Assembly: GCA_964016885.1 (NCBI GenBank) | Contig: OZ024741.1 | Location: 394,754,001-394,818,000, forward strand | From: Eledone cirrhosa | Lineage: Eukaryota | Direction of reading: 5' to 3' | DNA length: 64,000 bases | Part shown: positions 50,054-64,000 of the stretch, piece after piece | Position numbering within the stretch: position 1 is the stretch's first letter | Layout of the letters: each line of letters begins with the position of its first letter | Made by a program: the position numbers and the translations under genes | The notes under the pieces: model-generated | What the model saw: only the letters and a program-made list of their open reading frames with translations | Told to the model about the DNA's origin: nothing | The model's database searches: none

Positions 50054-51797
50054 GTAAACCCCTATACTTAGCTTTTGTTGACTTGGAGAAAGCCTTCGAC
50101 AGAGTCCCCCGTTCCATTATCTGGTGGGCTCTTAGAAAACTAGGTGTTGACGAATGTCTTGTGAGAGCCATACAAGCCATGTATAAAGAAACAGTCAGCA
50201 AGGTTAGAATTAACAACGAATATAGTGAAGAGTTTAGCGTAAAAGTTGGTGTCCATCAGGGCTCTGTTCTTAGCCCCCTACTATTTATTATTGCCCTTCA
50301 GGCTATAACAGAGGAGTTCAAGACCGGCTGCCCATGGGAACTCCTATACGCAGATAATCTAACGCTCATAGCTGAATCAATGGCCGAGCTAGAGAAGAAA
50401 TTCCAAACATGGAAGCACGGCCTAGAATCAAAAGGCCTTAAAATTAACCTGGCTAAGACTAAAGTTCTAGTTTGTAAGAAAGAAAATAAGGCGGCGGTCC
50501 CTTCCGGGAAGTGGCCATGCTCAGTGTGTAGGAAAGGCGTAGGTAGAAACTCCATTTTGTGTCCCAAATGCAAAGTATGGGTGCATAAAAGATGTAGTGG
50601 GATCACAGGTAAGCTAACTAAGAACATAGATTTTATATGTGGCCGGTGCTCTGGTGCAATAAGTAGCAGCAAGTGCCCACAAAATACTAGCTCTTTCAAC
50701 TGCGCAGAGGGTTCTATAGAAATAGTGGACAGCTTCCGTTACCTGGGTGACAAAATCAGCAGTGGGGGAGGGTGCTCTGAAAGTACAGTAGCTAGAGTCA
50801 GAACTGGATGGAAAAAGTTCAGAGAGCTTATACCACTATTAGCCGCTAAAGGGTTCTCCCTAAAAATGAAAGGCAGGTTGTATGATGCTTGCATACGAAC
50901 AGCAATGTTGCATGGCAGTGAGACCTGGGCATTGTGTGCAGAGGATATACGCAGACTAGAGAGGAACGAAGCTTGCATGCTCCGCTGGATGTGTAATAGT
51001 AATATACGTGAATGGCAAAGCATAAACGAACTAAGGAAAAAATTAGAAATAAGAGGGATCAGATGTTGTTTACTCGAGAGAAGGCTACGTTGGTATGGTC
51101 ACGTGATGCGCATGAAAGACGACAGCTATATAACAAAGTGCAGGGCAATAAAGATAGATGGTAGCCACGGAGTAGGCAGACCCAGGAAAACCTGGGACGA
51201 GCTGATAAATTCCGACCTCACACACTTACACCTCTCCAAGACAATGTCACTGGACCGAGACCTTTGGCGGTACTCAGTAACAGAGAAGACCCGCCTCACC
51301 TAAATACAAAGTAAAACCTACTAGTCAGTAGGCATCTCTAACAAAATACACCCCCGTCCCACCCCATCCACACCGCCCCCTTCAATGCAAAGTTATGTTG
51401 GTGCCACAACATCCAGGCCGAAACAAACGAGATCGTGTAGGTGTCACGACAAAAAAACACACAGTCCACGCTGTAATGTGACCATGTAGGCAACTCGGTA
51501 AAAACCTCCCAGTCCCACACTGTAAATGTGGTTGGTGTTAGGAAGGGCATCCAGCTGTAGAAAACACGCCAGACAGTCCACGCTGTAATGTGGCCGTATA
51601 GGCAACACGGTAAAAACCTCCCAGCCCCACACTGTAAATGTGGTTGGTGTTAGGAAGGGCATCCAGCTGTAGAAAACCCGCCAGACAGTCCTATGCGAGC
51701 AAGACAACCACTCTTGCCTCAAGTGGGAAAACCCCCGTCCAAACCCATGCAAGCGTGGAACAGGGATGTTAAATGATGATGATGATGATGATGATGA
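50053..51797 (+). mobile_element. RTE LINE, 5'-truncated, RT frame open to its stop
   Basis: SKPLYLAFVDLEKAFD...QGSVLSP...YADN (catalytic DD changed to DN), Cys-rich PHD-like insert, stop at 51303, (GAT)n tail. Confidence 0.95.
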
Positions 51798-52249
51798 TAT
51801 ATATATATATATATATATAGGGTAGGGTTTTTGGTTAATTAAGAGGGATAGGTTTTAAATTACATAACTGATCATGGGGTGTAGGTTTGGTTGGTTTAGG
51901 TTCTGATTATTGAGCTTGTGGTTTATTTCAATAGATATCTTTATGTCAGATCAGGTTCCTAAGTGGTACATGATCAGGGAATATTTCTGGTGGTTACACT
52001 GATTATGTGGGGATGCATTGCCAATTATGCAATGGGGTCATAGTCACTGTAGATTGTTATAGAAACTACAAAATATCACAGCTGCAGCCTGATGACATCT
52101 GTCACCCCCATACAAGTAATAGATGCAGGTTGACAGTTGATTTGCCAGGGAGATTGGGATTGGGCTTTAAAGGATGTGTGTGGTTTTTACTTTTCCTTGT
52201 GTGGTGTGGGTCTGGTGAGTAGAGTTGTTTATAGATTACATTTGCTTGA

Positions 52250-54130
52250 GCTCATGCACAGCTTTGCCTTGTAAATATATTCATGTTCAAGTTAAGATAA
52301 TTGATGGTCTTAGTTACATATATGTATGTTATAACTTGATATTGGGTGGGCTGAGTTCCCTGACATAAAAGTCCATCTGTAGGATCAGCTCTTATCACAT
52401 TTGATAGATGGGTATCTACCAAACACTCCAAAGAGCAGTTCTTTTTCATGCTTCTTCTTCCAGTCTACCATACTGCTCCCTATACATAGCCTGTAAATAT
52501 GGATCTTTCCCACCAAGCAATATACAAGCCTCCAAGAGACATAGCCAAGCATCAAAGACAATGGTAGATATTGATTGCTTCAATACTCCTACAGTTTGTT
52601 CTCTGCAAGATATTTGGATGTGAAACACAAGCTTGCTAGGTTATTTTCAAAATGCATTGGAAGAAGCACCTTAGAAAGCTTTTAGCTGCTCCAAGTGGAA
52701 ATTCTGGGCCTTATATGCCTTCAATGGGATTCACTCTGTGGAAAGCATTAGGGTTAGGTCTCTATAAACACCATACCTCTCAGCTGTCTAAAATGGGGAA
52801 TATTTGCTTGATTTGATATAGTTATCTAAAGTAAATCTTCCTAAGTTCTTTAGAACAGTGGTTGAAGAATTAGCTATGAAGGAGACATGGAATGTAATAA
52901 ATCCTCTGATAGGAGTCTTCCTTGTCCTCTATGTTCCTCCCTATTCAGCTGTAAACTTCAACTGCTGTCAGGAGTACTGCTTGGAGTTTCACACAAGTGT
53001 GCTTTCAATGTACTGGAATTTAAGTACACATTAAAAGCTAATATTTGCTTTATACATTTACAGACAAATATAAAGGCTGCCTCCTCTATTTCAAGTCGAC
53101 CACCTTCTGATAAGTCTCAGTTCTCTATATGATTCATAAACTCTGAAGGTGGCACTTCAGACCTACCAGCAAGTTTGTTGCAAATTGGGTAATGCTGGTC
53201 AGTTGCATTTATCAGAATGATGTTAGGGCCCTTGAGAGCATCAAGCAAGAGACAAATTCTTCCACACATATTGAATTATGTAACAAAGTGAAACAACTTG
53301 CTCTCGTTTTCGAACAGAGAGCTTGTATGTAGTATACCAAGTAGTATTTCTTTTTTTTCAAATCTCATCTATGCTCTCTATCCAATTTACTCTATCTTCT
53401 GCAAGACATTCCCAATCATCCAAAGAGAACTAGCACTTTCTTAGTAGGGTTTTAAATAGTCGCTATATTTGAGCTTTGGTTTTGATGCATAGTAATTACC
53501 CTCCCATAGTTCTCCAGAGAACATTTGCTTTGAAAGACGTGAATCATCCATACAAACAAAATGACCAGACCAACGCAGACAGTTTTCTTATGCTTAGAGA
53601 TTCAATACTAGGCAAAACTGCTCTCTCAAGAACTTTGGTGCTTGGAGAGTGTGCAAGAATTTATCAATGCAAAGAATATGTTACAAGCATATCTGACAAA
53701 AGCAATGTAGCAATTTGATCTGGTATTTATAGATGACCTAAGCTTAACCCTTAAGTTTCTCTGATGTATAAAAGAGACATCAGATCACATACTCTATACA
53801 CAGAGATTTTGGTCACCATTTTTATGCCATGCATAGACGAAAGCCACTTTTCAAAGTCTAAGAAGGATCTGGATGCTTTTTCAATGCGGAAAGAAATCTA
53901 AGTGTGCTGTCCAGGTACAAAAAAAAATGGAATTACCACTATAGTTACCCATCGATACTGATAGAGAGCTTGACTCATAGTTGGTTAGGGACAGGTTTAC
54001 AGTCAACTATAGTCTTATTGATGTATATTTGAGGCCTTGCAAGCATTGGAGAAGTGGTCCATGATAAGTTGCATTTGAGTCAATGTGTATGTCACAATAA
54101 CACAGTCATCTGCATAAAAGAAATCTCTAA
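52250..54130 (-). mobile_element. Highly degraded LINE remnants
   Basis: Minus strand LLRDFFYADDC near 54110 and RT C-terminal-like peptides; many stops. Confidence 0.5.
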
Positions 54131-55459
54131 GCAGAATAGTCTATGTATGTTGAACCCTGCCTAAAGTGTAATATTTGAAAGCCACAAGAAATACTGCAGC
54201 AAAGTTTTAAAGAAAACAGTCTAAATGCTGGTTTACTGAAAATAATAGAGAAATTGACAATTTACAAGGAACAAAAAGACTTGCTTTTTCAGATTACTCT
54301 GAAATCTTCCAACTCCAGCTCAAAAGAATTCCACTCAGGAATATAAGTCATTCTATTCTCTCCTTCAAAAATATATGCAAGAAATCCAGAACTCTTCATG
54401 AACACATAAGGCTTCTGAGATTCAATTTGCTGCAAACACTTCTGAAAAGACGTAAGAATTTTATCCTACAATCTTTATATCTACCCCACACATTCTACAA
54501 TCTTTATATCTACCCCACACATTCTACAACCTTTATATCTACTCAGCGCATGCTACCATCAGTTTAGAAGAATTCTTTTGATTATGTAAATGAAAAGGAT
54601 GTAAGAAAGTCTTCATTGGGTGTTTAATATCATCATCATCATTTAGTGTCCATTTTCCATGCATGCATGGGTTAGACAGGTCATTGGCTTATGAGATAAG
54701 ACAACGTCATGCTCATACGGATCTGCATTTTGGCTTGATTTCTAATTAATTCACTAAATGGAACTGCCAAAATTGCATACAAGTATAAGGTATAGAAAAA
54801 TTTGAGAAAAGAAAAATCAATAATCTTATTAATGTTTTTGGTTTACGTGTCACAAAGAATTTTGAGTTTGCATGGTAGAGTTTTAGCAGCAATTTCAAGA
54901 AACATCTATTAAAGTGATTGATCAGCTTTAAACCAGTTAACTTGGTTCTTGCTAAAAACTAAACTTATTACAAATGTTTGTTTATCTATGTTACCTTAAT
55001 TGCCGTGATGATGACATCCATAAGAAGGTAAGTTTGGTGCAAGTGTGGCACATGTAAACAGAATTTAAGAAATTATATCATATATTTATGGTATGTAATT
55101 ATGACAATATCAGACCTGCTAATCTCTAAAAACTCAAACTGGGAGAAATGAGGCAAAATCGGGAGATTTTACATAATGAAAGCTATACCCATTTTCACAA
55201 GAGAAGACAAGACATCTGTCACCCACCCCAAATGCTATTGCAAATCTCCTCATCGGACGGGGAAAATCGACAAGTCTGCAATATCTGTGTGATTGTTCTG
55301 TTGTTAATAACAACAATCCACAAAACGCTAGTTATTAGTTATGCACGGAGATTAAATAAAGTTTAAATAGCACCATACGGTCCACAGCAAGCAACATTTG
55401 CCCCTCTCAAACTGAAAGTTGGTATCAACATATATATAGTGAGAGAGAGGGACATGAAA

Positions 55460-57860
55460 ATATTCCGATTCTAGTCTCTATTGCATCTGATGAGCAAATC
55501 AATCCTAGAGTTGATCTGTTGTCAGAAGCAACCAACTCCAACTGCTCCAGCTGGATGCCCAAGTGTACCAGCCAAAGACCCTTCGGAGGATCCACATTTC
55601 AGTCACTTGTATTCGCGATCATATACTTAGTCATTATCCAAGATTCATGACCATAGGTAAGGACCGGCACTAATACCGAATTGAAGATAGAGAGTTTGGC
55701 TTTTACACCTCCCTTCTTCTGATTACCGAATGCTTAAGCTGGCGCATTATTACACCAGGTCCCACAATCCTTGCACTTAATTCAGCCTCCTGCCTTCCAT
55801 CACTTGTGAACACAGCTCTGAGATACTTGAACGTCTCCACCTGATGCTCCATTTACACGTAGAGTACGCTGCGCAGGCTTACTAGAGAGGATGAGTGTCT
55901 CAGTTTTCGAAGCACTGATTTTCATTCCAACCATGCACCACTTGGCATCAAACCTGTCAAGAACAAGGTGGAGCTCAACTTCTGTCCAGTTAATGAAAAT
56001 AATGAACAAGAAAGGTGACAGCACGCAACTTTGTCTGAGTCCAACTCCCACATTGAATGGTATCGATTTAGCACCATTTATCCAAATACAAACACTTCAC
56101 CATTTGTATAGAGACAATAGGGCAGCAAGATGTTGACCATCAATCCCGTAATCCTGCACAACCTTCCACAACAAGTCCCGAGAAATACGGTCATATGCCT
56201 TCTCAATATTGACAAAACAAGAATATACTTCTTGGCAATACTCCCACGATTTCTCGAATACTTGCTACAGTGTGAATATTTGGTCGGCTGTGCTGCATCT
56301 GGGGTGAAAACTGCATTGTTCATCAGCTAGTTTAGACTCAACAATCTTCCTGTACCTCTTTGCCAGACACTTAGCATAGACTTTACCAGGGAGGCTTAAC
56401 AAGGAGATCCCTCTGTAATTGGAACAATCTCTCTTGTCTCTCTTTTGGAAAATTTGGATTATCACTTCCAATTGCCACTGCTTAGGTGCCTTTCCAGAGA
56501 TTCAAGGCACCTAGCACACATGCTTCCCCAGCAGCCTTGTCACATTTGAACAGCTCATGTGACCTCAGCCTCCTAGTCACCACTCCCAGATGCACCTTGT
56601 GTACATCAGAAAATGCTGTTGTGATGGGGTTTAGGAGATCAGTTGAGAGCTCAGCCTCTCTTTTAACATGAATATCCAGTACAGAATCGAAGAAATCAGA
56701 GACAATAACAAAATCAATTATTGATCTCTGTCCCTGATTCCCCTTATACCATGTATATTCCTGTGCTAGAAGGTGTTCATAACAGAGAGTCCATTGCTAG
56801 AACAGAAGTCTAGTAAGGCCTCTCCATTCATATTTATTAAAATTGGGGTAACCATTCCTTCCAATCACTCCTTTCCATGTCAGGTCGTCAGTTCCAACAT
56901 GTACATTGAAGTCTCCCATCAGTATATATATGACTCAGTCTTAACTACATCTAACACTGCAGTGACTTCATCAAAGAAAGACCTGTATTTGGACTCCTTG
57001 TTCGGTGCATAAACTTGCATCGCCCGCAGGGACCTATCTTTCAGCCTAAGCTTCAAGAGGCAAATCCTCCCTTGTAATGCAATCCAGTCCATAACACATT
57101 CTGACAGCTGGGGCTTGTGAGTATCCCCACTCCCACTCATGCAGTCATTTCTGGTGCCACACCTGAATAGTGGAGTTTCCATCCTCCATCCAAATCTACA
57201 GTATCAGAGCCAGGGAACTTTCATGAGGAAACTCCGACTATATCTCGCTGGTCGTATCTAGCCTCCTCCACTAGTTCCTGCTCCTTACCTGTAAGGGTTG
57301 TGATGTTCCAAGTTGAAAATGTCAAGGTTCGCTCCTTTTGAACCCTCTTTGGGGTCTTGAGATACGGCAGAGGTGTTCTGCTAGAGAACAGGTCACAGCT
57401 GGTGGATAGCATTATGGCCACCAGATATGATGGTTAGTTACAATATAAACAGGCAGCTGCCAGACAAATAAATAACCCCAAACCAACAGCAGTAAAGTAC
57501 TAGGGGAGATGGAACAATGGGTGACACCTTTAGCTCCAAAGAAAACTCTTACAACCCAGTGATGAGGCAAGTAAAAGCCACCTCTAAAAAATCCTAGTCT
57601 TCACGGGTTTGAGAAAGTACGAGATTGATGACTGGCACAAATAAAACCACCAAAACTACAATATGGTGAGAGGAACGAAAAAGAACCATACTGCATTGTC
57701 CTTTGCGCAGGTTAATAAAGGACCCGTTCAGGCCTTAGGTAAAGGAGCCTGTTCAAAAAATATATTGCAATCTCCATTTCATGCCACAAAAACTGGCGGT
57801 GGCACTGCAACCTGTTCTGTGAGGTGTGGGATGGACGCACAAAGATTGCGTCTCCCAATC
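55460..57860 (-). mobile_element. RTE-like LINE of a second family, internally deleted
   Basis: TWNITTLTGKEQELVEEA; QVYAPN; CSNYRGISLLSLPGKVYAK; GLRQSCVLSPFLF. Confidence 0.88.
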
Positions 57861-58325
57861 ACTTTCTTAATATAAAAATTCTGCATACTACACCGATAAC
57901 AGATATCAGTGTTAAGCCACATTTTTTAACACTGAATTTCCAATTTGCATAAAAAGATTGAGTGCTGAAACAGGTACAACCTGTAGTAATTAGCATTACT
58001 CATCAACTGGCAGTATGTGTGTATACACATACACATGCGCACAGACATATATATGGTGTATGGTGGCTGTTGACTCACTCTTGAGTATGACCACCCTTCC
58101 ACTTTCCTTTTAAGATGTAGTGCTTTCATGAATTCTTAGAATGACAAAGATGTAGCAGTATAGCAAGACCAACACTCCACCTCCAAGACACTAACAGCAC
58201 TTCAATGGAGGACATAAGCATTTGAGTAACTGGAGAATAATAACTGCTCTTGTCTATACTACATCTTAACCAAGCTACGTTAATGCTACTGTTAATTAAT
58301 CCTAGCCAGTTAAGTTCACACTATT

Positions 58326-58645
58326 TGACATTAAACTACATCCAGTGGCAAGGCTCCAGTTCGGGAGTTCAGGAGCTGTGGGGAATGTGGAGTTACCCCT
58401 TAGTTGTTATCAATCCTAGGTCTGCTCTGGCCCAGAATAGTAGTACCTGTTAGGGCCCCATTTATGGGTTAAATAATTACAATGTCCTGGGTATGACATT
58501 AAACTACATCCAGTGGCAAGGCTCCAATTCGGGAGTTCAAGAGCTGTGGGGAATGTGGAGTTACCCCTTAGTTGTCATAACTCCCAGGTCTGCTCTGGCC
58601 CGGAGTATTAGTACCTGTTAGGGCCCCATTTATAGGTTAAATAAC
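58326..58645 (+). repeat. Tandem duplication of a ~168-bp unit at the LINE 5' end
   Basis: tgacattaaactacatccagtggcaaggctcc...gggccccatttat repeated at 58326 and 58494. Confidence 0.9.
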
Positions 58646-61632
58646 TACCTTAATCGAGTGGCGCTGGTAAGGTATTATCAGCCACTGAAAAGAACCATGG
58701 AGAGTGTATCTAACAGCACTAGGGTTAGAGCCCCTAATTACACTGTCAAGTAGCAGTCTGGTCGTTATGACTCTGCTGGTTTAGAGCCACAGGGAGGGCC
58801 AGTCGATGATGGATCAGCTGCCTCCGAGACAAATATAAAGAATGCAGTTTTGTCCTCAGAAGAGCCATTAAAATGGCACTCTGAATGTGAGGAGTGTCCA
58901 GACGCTGAAGAGAGAGGCGTTGGGTCATCTGTTCGTGAAGAGTGGTATGCAGATACTTGCGATGCAAGAACACAGGATCCTACATGATGAGCCTGTCAGG
59001 AGAGTGATGATTGGGAAGAGGAGCCAACTCATCACCACATCAGCTGTGAAGAACACAACGAATGTTGCAGTGGGAGGTGTGGGTTTTGTTTTCAGTACAA
59101 AAACCAATCTATTGGTGAGGGAAATAATGCCTGTCTCTCCACGAGTGTTGAAGGTGACCTTCAATGGAAACCCAAGACTGACAGTCATCTCAGCCTATAG
59201 TCCAACCAAGGGAGACAGTGATGTGAGTGCGGCAGAGTTCCATGAGGAGGTGTGTAGAGCTGTCAACACCACACCAGCTCATAACATCCTGCTTGTTCTG
59301 GGGTACTTCAATGCAGGTACTTCCATAACAACACCAACCAAAATGGAATACTATTGAGGGACACCTGGAGGCAAACTTGATGGCAACCAACCTAAGGTTT
59401 AGGAAGAATCCGGGGAAGATGTGGACCTACATCTCAGATATGCACCTGTCCAAATCCCAGATTGATTTCATTCTGGTGAGGAAAAAGTGGCAGAATAGTG
59501 TTCTGAACACAGAACCATACAACTATTTCAGTACACTGGGTAGTGACCACCGGCTTGTTATGAGTAAGGTCTGGGTGAGCTTAAGAAAGAGCAAGGTTCA
59601 GCCTCGGAGAGCAATCTATGACTGGGGAGCTTTCAAGGAAGATGATAAGCTACAGGAGAGGTTCACAGTAGAAGTGAGGAACAGGTTCAGTGCTCTGTGT
59701 GGAGAGACAGAGGAGAGAGAGATTGGCGGGACTGAGGAGAGTGTGACGAGGAGGTACAGGTACTTCACCAGTGCAGTGACGGAAGCAAGTGAGACCCTGG
59801 TGCCGAGGAGACAGAACAAAAGGAAGCACGTCAGCTCTGCAGACCCAAAAGTGTGTGCAGCCAGAGAACACCTGAAAGCTGCCAAGGACCAATTCTATGA
59901 TGATCCTACAGAAGGAGAAGAAGGAGAATGTAGAGGTGATGAGGGAAGAACTCTGGGCCGCTTACACTGAGGCCAGAGAGGAGATGCTGATGGAGAAGAT
60001 CAGAAGTGTGGAGAGAGTGGTTGACAGGTCTGGGTGTAAGGAGAGCTGGATGATCCTCAACGAGATCACAGAGAGGAAAGAAAGGGTTCGAGTCAGATCC
60101 AGGGAACAAGGCCCAAGGATAAGAGGAAATAGCTGGACCATTTTAGGACCCTACTAGGAAAGCCACCCTCCACAGCCCAGAACACTGGGTAGATCAGGCA
60201 GCTGTTTGGGGAACTGATATTGAGATAGGAGCTTCAGAGAGCCAAGAAGAAGATCAAGGAGGGCAAGGCTCATGGAGAAGATGGAGTAGCATCAGAGGTG
60301 ATGAAGAGGTGTGATTTTGATGGTATCATCCTGGGGTTCTGTAACCAGGCACTGGAGAAAGGAGTTGCCCTGAATCAGTGGAGGATCAGTAACATTGTCC
60401 CAGTGCCAAAGAAGGGAGATCTCTCTAACACCAACGTCACTTGTGGCAAAGACCCTCAACAGGATGATTCTTAACAGGATCCAGCCTGAGATGGAGAAGA
60501 AGCTCAGGGACAACTAGAACGGCTTCAGAGAGGGAAGATCAACCACCAGTCGCATCTTGATGCTGAGGAGGATATTAGAGGGAGCTAGAGCAAAGAGCTT
60601 TCCTGCGGTCATCGTTTTCATTCACTTTAGGAAGGCCTTTGATTCTGTGGACCGTCACTGCCTGATGAAGATCTTACAGGCTTATGGAATCCCCAAGAAG
60701 ATAGTGGACCTGATATCACTGCTCTACACCAACACCAAAGCCCAAGTTATTACACCTTAATCACTGCAGTGGACTACTGTGTGCGCCTTGCGCTGCAGAA
60801 ACACCAGGACTCTGGCTTTACTGTAACATTGGCTCAGAGCAGGAGAGTTAAGGCGAAAAAGATATCGGATGCTGAATTTGCCGACGACATAGTTCTGATG
60901 ACAAACACAGTGAAGGAGGCAGAGGAGTTGATGCAGGAGGTGGAGACTGTGTCGATGAGTGTGGGGCTGAGAATGAATGAGATTAAGACGAAGTATCTGG
61001 TAGAGAATATTAAGAAGCCAGAGAAGATTATGAATGTAGGCGGGAAGCCGCTAAAATTGGTTGAGGACTTCCTGTATCTGGGAGCAAAGATTGGAAACAC
61101 AGAGGTTGATGTGGTTGAGAGGAAGAGCAAACATGCCACAGTTTGAGATCGGTGTGGAAGTCGAACCTTCATAAAGACCTGAAGATCTGTCTCTTTGTTG
61201 CTACAGTGGAGTCTGTGCTGCTGTACGGGTCTGAGACTTGGACACTAACCAAGAAACTCACTAAGAAGGTGGATGGGTGCTACACGAGAATGCTGAGGAT
61301 GGCTCTGAACATTAATCAGTATACACTGAGGATGAAGAACTCAGAGCTGTACGGGAGCCTCCCAAAAGTCAGCTCAAAAGTAACACAGAGGAAACTGAGG
61401 TTAGCTGGACATGCTCACCGACATGCAGAGTTGACACTGTACTCAGTGCATGGACACACTAGGAGAGGGAGACCGAGGTTGACATATGTTGATGCCCTAA
61501 GGACAGACACCGGTCTCTTGGAGATGCAGGACATGGCAGTGATGATGTGGGACAGAGACTGCTGGAGAGAACTCATCCATGGATCTCGGGAATTTTACCT
61601 GCCCTAGATAGATATAGATATATAGATATATA
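58326..61632 (+). mobile_element. Near full-length RTE/RTEX-like LINE (third family) with stops and frameshifts
   Basis: MALLNVRS..ILAMQEHR, SAYSPT, QIDFIL, SDHRLV; FRKAFDSV; FADDI; VESVLLYGSETWTL; (AGATAT)n tail. Confidence 0.9.
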
Positions 61633-62469
61633 TACACACAAACACTTTATTTTTCGTTGAATCACCAGTCTGATGAGCAATAGGAAGTTTGAGAAGTTGA
61701 AAGAACCATCAATATCATTTGACTATGAAAAATATTCTAATAAGTTGGGCTATGATTCTAAAAATAGATTGTGTACATTTATTGCCTATAGTATAAGGCT
61801 TAATATAACAGAAAAATTTGTCAGTGTTGCTTTGGAATAAATGTTAAGCACAGCTTAACAGTATATTGTAGGTGTGGGTTCAAGTCCCACAGGCAGTACT
61901 ATACAAAATGTTTTCCATATTCAAGTTTTATATGTCCAACTTATAAGATTATTTTTCATAGTCAAACAATGTTGATGCTTCTTTAAAATTCTCAAGCGCA
62001 ACACATTTTCCTTGACATCACATAAATTCTATGTATACATGTTATAAATTAATTGCAATAAATTATTAAGAAATTATTGTTTTGTCTTGTCTCTTACTCC
62101 GTGAACAGCATTTTGGCTTGTGTCAGATGATGTGACCCCAGTTGGACCAGCAGTAAGATCGGTAGGGCTCTAAATTACCAAAGACCATCTCAACGGGCGA
62201 TGACCCTGGAGTTCTGTATCTTTTGCTTATATTTTTATTTTCAAAAAATATTTTTTTAAGTTTTTCCCTTTCAAAAATTGTTTCTTGTTTTTCTTTTTGC
62301 TTTGTTTTGTTTCTTGTCTTGTCTTCTCTTTGTTAATTTTCCTATATGTATATGTATGTATATATATATATATATATATATAATAATAGAATATACTGAT
62401 ACCTTCTGATATAAGGAACTTGTTCTTTGTTTTTATTCCATTGTTTTTATTAATTTATATATATATATA

Positions 62470-63055
62470 TCGAACCTTACTGCCGAATTGTTGATTTGAG
62501 AAATGTAATGTATACAGTTCATTTTCTTGTCGTGTCTCCATTTACCTATCAGTATTTAAACTGTTATTATTTGTTATATGTTCATTTAACTTTTCAATAA
62601 TATGGATAAATCTGTTGGACCTTTCTAAAAATAATCTTCTCGTAAACTTACCCATTGTTATTATTATTTACTTCTGAAATCTTCCTGGAATCTTCTTTGC
62701 CTTCTGTCTCCCTCATACATTGTTTATACGCTTCCATGTTCTCCCCCCCCCCCCCCTCTCCGCAAATATAAAATAAACTTTGATAGAGTACTGGACCAGA
62801 ATTTATCGGACCTTACTGCCGAATTGTTGATTTGAGAAATGTAATGTATGCGGTTCATTTTCTTGTCGTCTCTCCATCTTCATAGTCCATTTACCTATTA
62901 GTATTTAAACTGTTATTATCTGTTATATGATCATTTAACTTAGAATCTAATCCTTTCAATATTATGGATAAATCTGTCAGACCTTTTCTCTAAAAATAAT
63001 CTTATTATTTGTTATATGTTCATTTAACTTAGAATCTAATCTTTTCAATAATATG
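62470..63055. repeat. Direct repeat pair (~170-200 bp, period ~337 bp) with a partial third copy
   Basis: accttactgccgaattgttgatttgagaaatg... at ~62473 and ~62810. Confidence 0.8.
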
Positions 63056-64000
63056 TAGGTGGTGACACAGGACCGTGATCTCTAGCGTTATGCAATAATA
63101 CAGAAGACCAGCCTTGCTATGTGCATGGGTTGAAGAAAACATCTAGTATCATCCCTTCCATACACCTCCCACGTCGTAACACTCCACTCACGTCCAAACA
63201 CCCCACCCATCACCAATGAACCTCCCCCACTCCAGCCCCATGCCACACACAAAAGTGGTCATTTTGGTCCCATGACAATAAATACCCAGTCCACACTATA
63301 AAGTGCTAGTGTAAGAATGACAAAAAGTGCCCAGCCCACATTGTAATGTGGTTATGTAGATGTCATGACAAAAAGCACCTAGTACACATTATAAATGTGG
63401 TTGGCATTAGGAAGGGCATCCAGTCATAGAATACAAGCCAAAATCAGTTCTGTAGGAGCAAGACAAGATCATCTGACCTGGCTTGTCTCACAACAGGACA
63501 GCTCAACTAACCCATGCTAACATGGAAAATAGATGTTAAACAATGATGACAATGATATACACACATACATATTTATATACACATCTACCATCATCATTTA
63601 ACATCCGTTTTTCTTACTGATCCCTCAGATGAGCTAAGGGCCCGAATCTCATTTACATATGATCCTGTGCTCTACTGATTGCATGTTTTTATTTGAAAAT
63701 ATAGACCACAGCTAAATATACTTTAATATCTTAATATGCTAGCCATCCACATGCACAAAACATCTTTCTCCATTTAACCAATGGAATCAATTTTATTACT
63801 GTTGTTATTAAGGCGATAAACTGCCATTGCTACACACACGTATATGCACACACATACAAATATTTTTTGTTTTCCAACAACTACTCCCATTCAAACACAC
63901 ACAAACACACAAATCCTTACTATCCTGCTATCACCATCACCATCGCCATCACTATCATCATCATCATCATGGGACACAGACATATAAACCAATTCCTTGT

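Noticed and set aside
55488-55530. CTGATGA hammerhead candidate (also 61670)
   Set aside because: No properly placed GAAA/NUH or stem I pairing.
57780-57860. HDV-like ribozyme at a LINE 5' end (also looked at 58326-58645 and ~22120-22170)
   Set aside because: Only simple hairpins found; I could not build the nested double pseudoknot by eye.

Overview
AT-rich eukaryotic (animal) genomic DNA. The SINE/RTE repeat types and (TA)n/(CAT)n tracts look like an octopod cephalopod, but that is pattern recognition and unverified. Most of the window appears to be intronic sequence of a minus-strand LNX (Ligand of Numb X)-like gene. Only one 93-nt exon (23597-23689) is clearly recognisable, plus one candidate upstream exon. 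The rest is a nest of transposons: many RTE-clade LINE copies, several Penelope-like elements (PLEs), three Gypsy LTR elements, a deleted piggyBac, a near-complete maT (DD37D) transposon, SINEs and tandem arrays. Three signals stand out. (1) A compact, GC-rich, full-length Gypsy element (35485-39950) has a primer-binding site matching the 5' end (nt 1-13) of tRNA-Phe instead of a tRNA 3' CCA end. (2) Several minimal type-I hammerhead ribozymes are present, some in small non-coding elements bounded by inverted or direct repeats. (3) Two arrays of an ~84-bp unit fold into hairpins. Boundaries of degraded repeats are approximate, and no alignment or folding software was run.
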